Shown here one piece after another: positions 50,841 to 51,248 of a stretch of DNA of 51,248 bases. Under the pieces are notes generated by a model. It was not told the origin of the DNA and made no database searches. It saw only the letters and a list, made by a program, of their open reading frames with translations. Every line of letters starts with the position of its first letter. Position 1 is the first letter of the stretch. The translations under genes were made by a program, and so were the position numbers. Source of the stretch: Thecamonas trahens ATCC 50062 (taxonomy: Eukaryota > Protista > Apusomonadida); the NCBI RefSeq assembly GCF_000142905.1, contig NW_013657603.1, forward strand, positions 1 through 51,248. Reading direction: 5' to 3'.

Positions 50841-50996
50841 TTAGGGTTAGGGTTAGGGTTAGGGTTAGGGTTAGTGGTGGTCAGTGGGGAGGAATGGAGT
50901 GGGGCTAGGGTTGACGAGGCATCAGCTAGGGTTAGGGTTAGGGTTAGGGTTAGGGTTAGGGTTAGGGTTAGGGTTAGGGTTAGGGTTAGGGTTAGG
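50841..50996 (+). repeat. Telomeric (TTAGGG)n in two blocks (5 and 10 copies) split by a degenerate spacer
   Basis: 50841-50870 and 50932-50991; G-rich strand oriented toward the window end. Confidence 0.95.
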
Positions 50997-51248
50997 TAGG
51001 TAGGTAGGTAGGTAGGTAGGTAGGTAGGTAGGTAGGTAGGTAGGTAGGTAGGTAGGTAGGTAGGTAGGTAGGTAGGTAGGTAGGTAGGTAGGTAGGTAGG
51101 TAGGTAGGTAGGTAGGTAGGTAGGTAGGTAGGTAGGTAGGTAGGTAGGTAGGTAGGTAGGTAGGTAGGTAGGTAGGTAGGTAGGTAGGTAGGTAGGTAGG
51201 TAGGTAGGTAGGTAGGTAGGTAGGTAGGTAGGTAGGTAGGTAGGTAGG
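50993..51248 (+). repeat. Terminal (TAGG)64 array
   Basis: Perfect 4-mer repeat to the end of the window. Confidence 0.9.

Overview
A GC-rich, gene-dense, intron-poor eukaryotic (protist-like) scaffold end that runs into a telomere: (TTAGGG)n followed by (TAGG)n. The composition suggests an apusomonad such as Thecamonas, but this is inference only. About 24 genes are supported: a WDFY-like WD40 protein, DJ-1/Hsp31, MacroD, an SDR, a Trs65/TRAPPC14-like protein, a secreted DSP and amidase, PhyH, ZNHIT3, a tandem-GRAM protein, a clan-86-like CYP, LPCAT/LPEAT2, a pseudo-exonuclease-ZnF protein, NMA111, a PDI, VTA1, PTB/hnRNP L, CDC40/PRP17, an SLC35E-like transporter and several hypotheticals. 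There is also a tRNA-Ala(CGC), a duplicated gene/pseudogene pair and several mini/microsatellites. Six spliceosomal introns with GTAYGY donors were reconstructed by hand. The best candidate for a novel system is the last intact gene before the telomere (46408-48840): poly-GR encoded by (GGGGCC)n, a Cys-rich domain, and a divergent palm-polymerase-like domain resembling uncharacterised phage/giant-virus proteins. Other points of interest are a six-fold MIM2-like array in Vta1, a MacroD with a TQ cluster and PIP-like tail, a dead exonuclease fused to six zinc fingers, and four frameshifts in two adjacent splicing genes (probably sequencing errors). Two of the three N-gaps look like false gaps. 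All family assignments come from motif recognition, not database searches.
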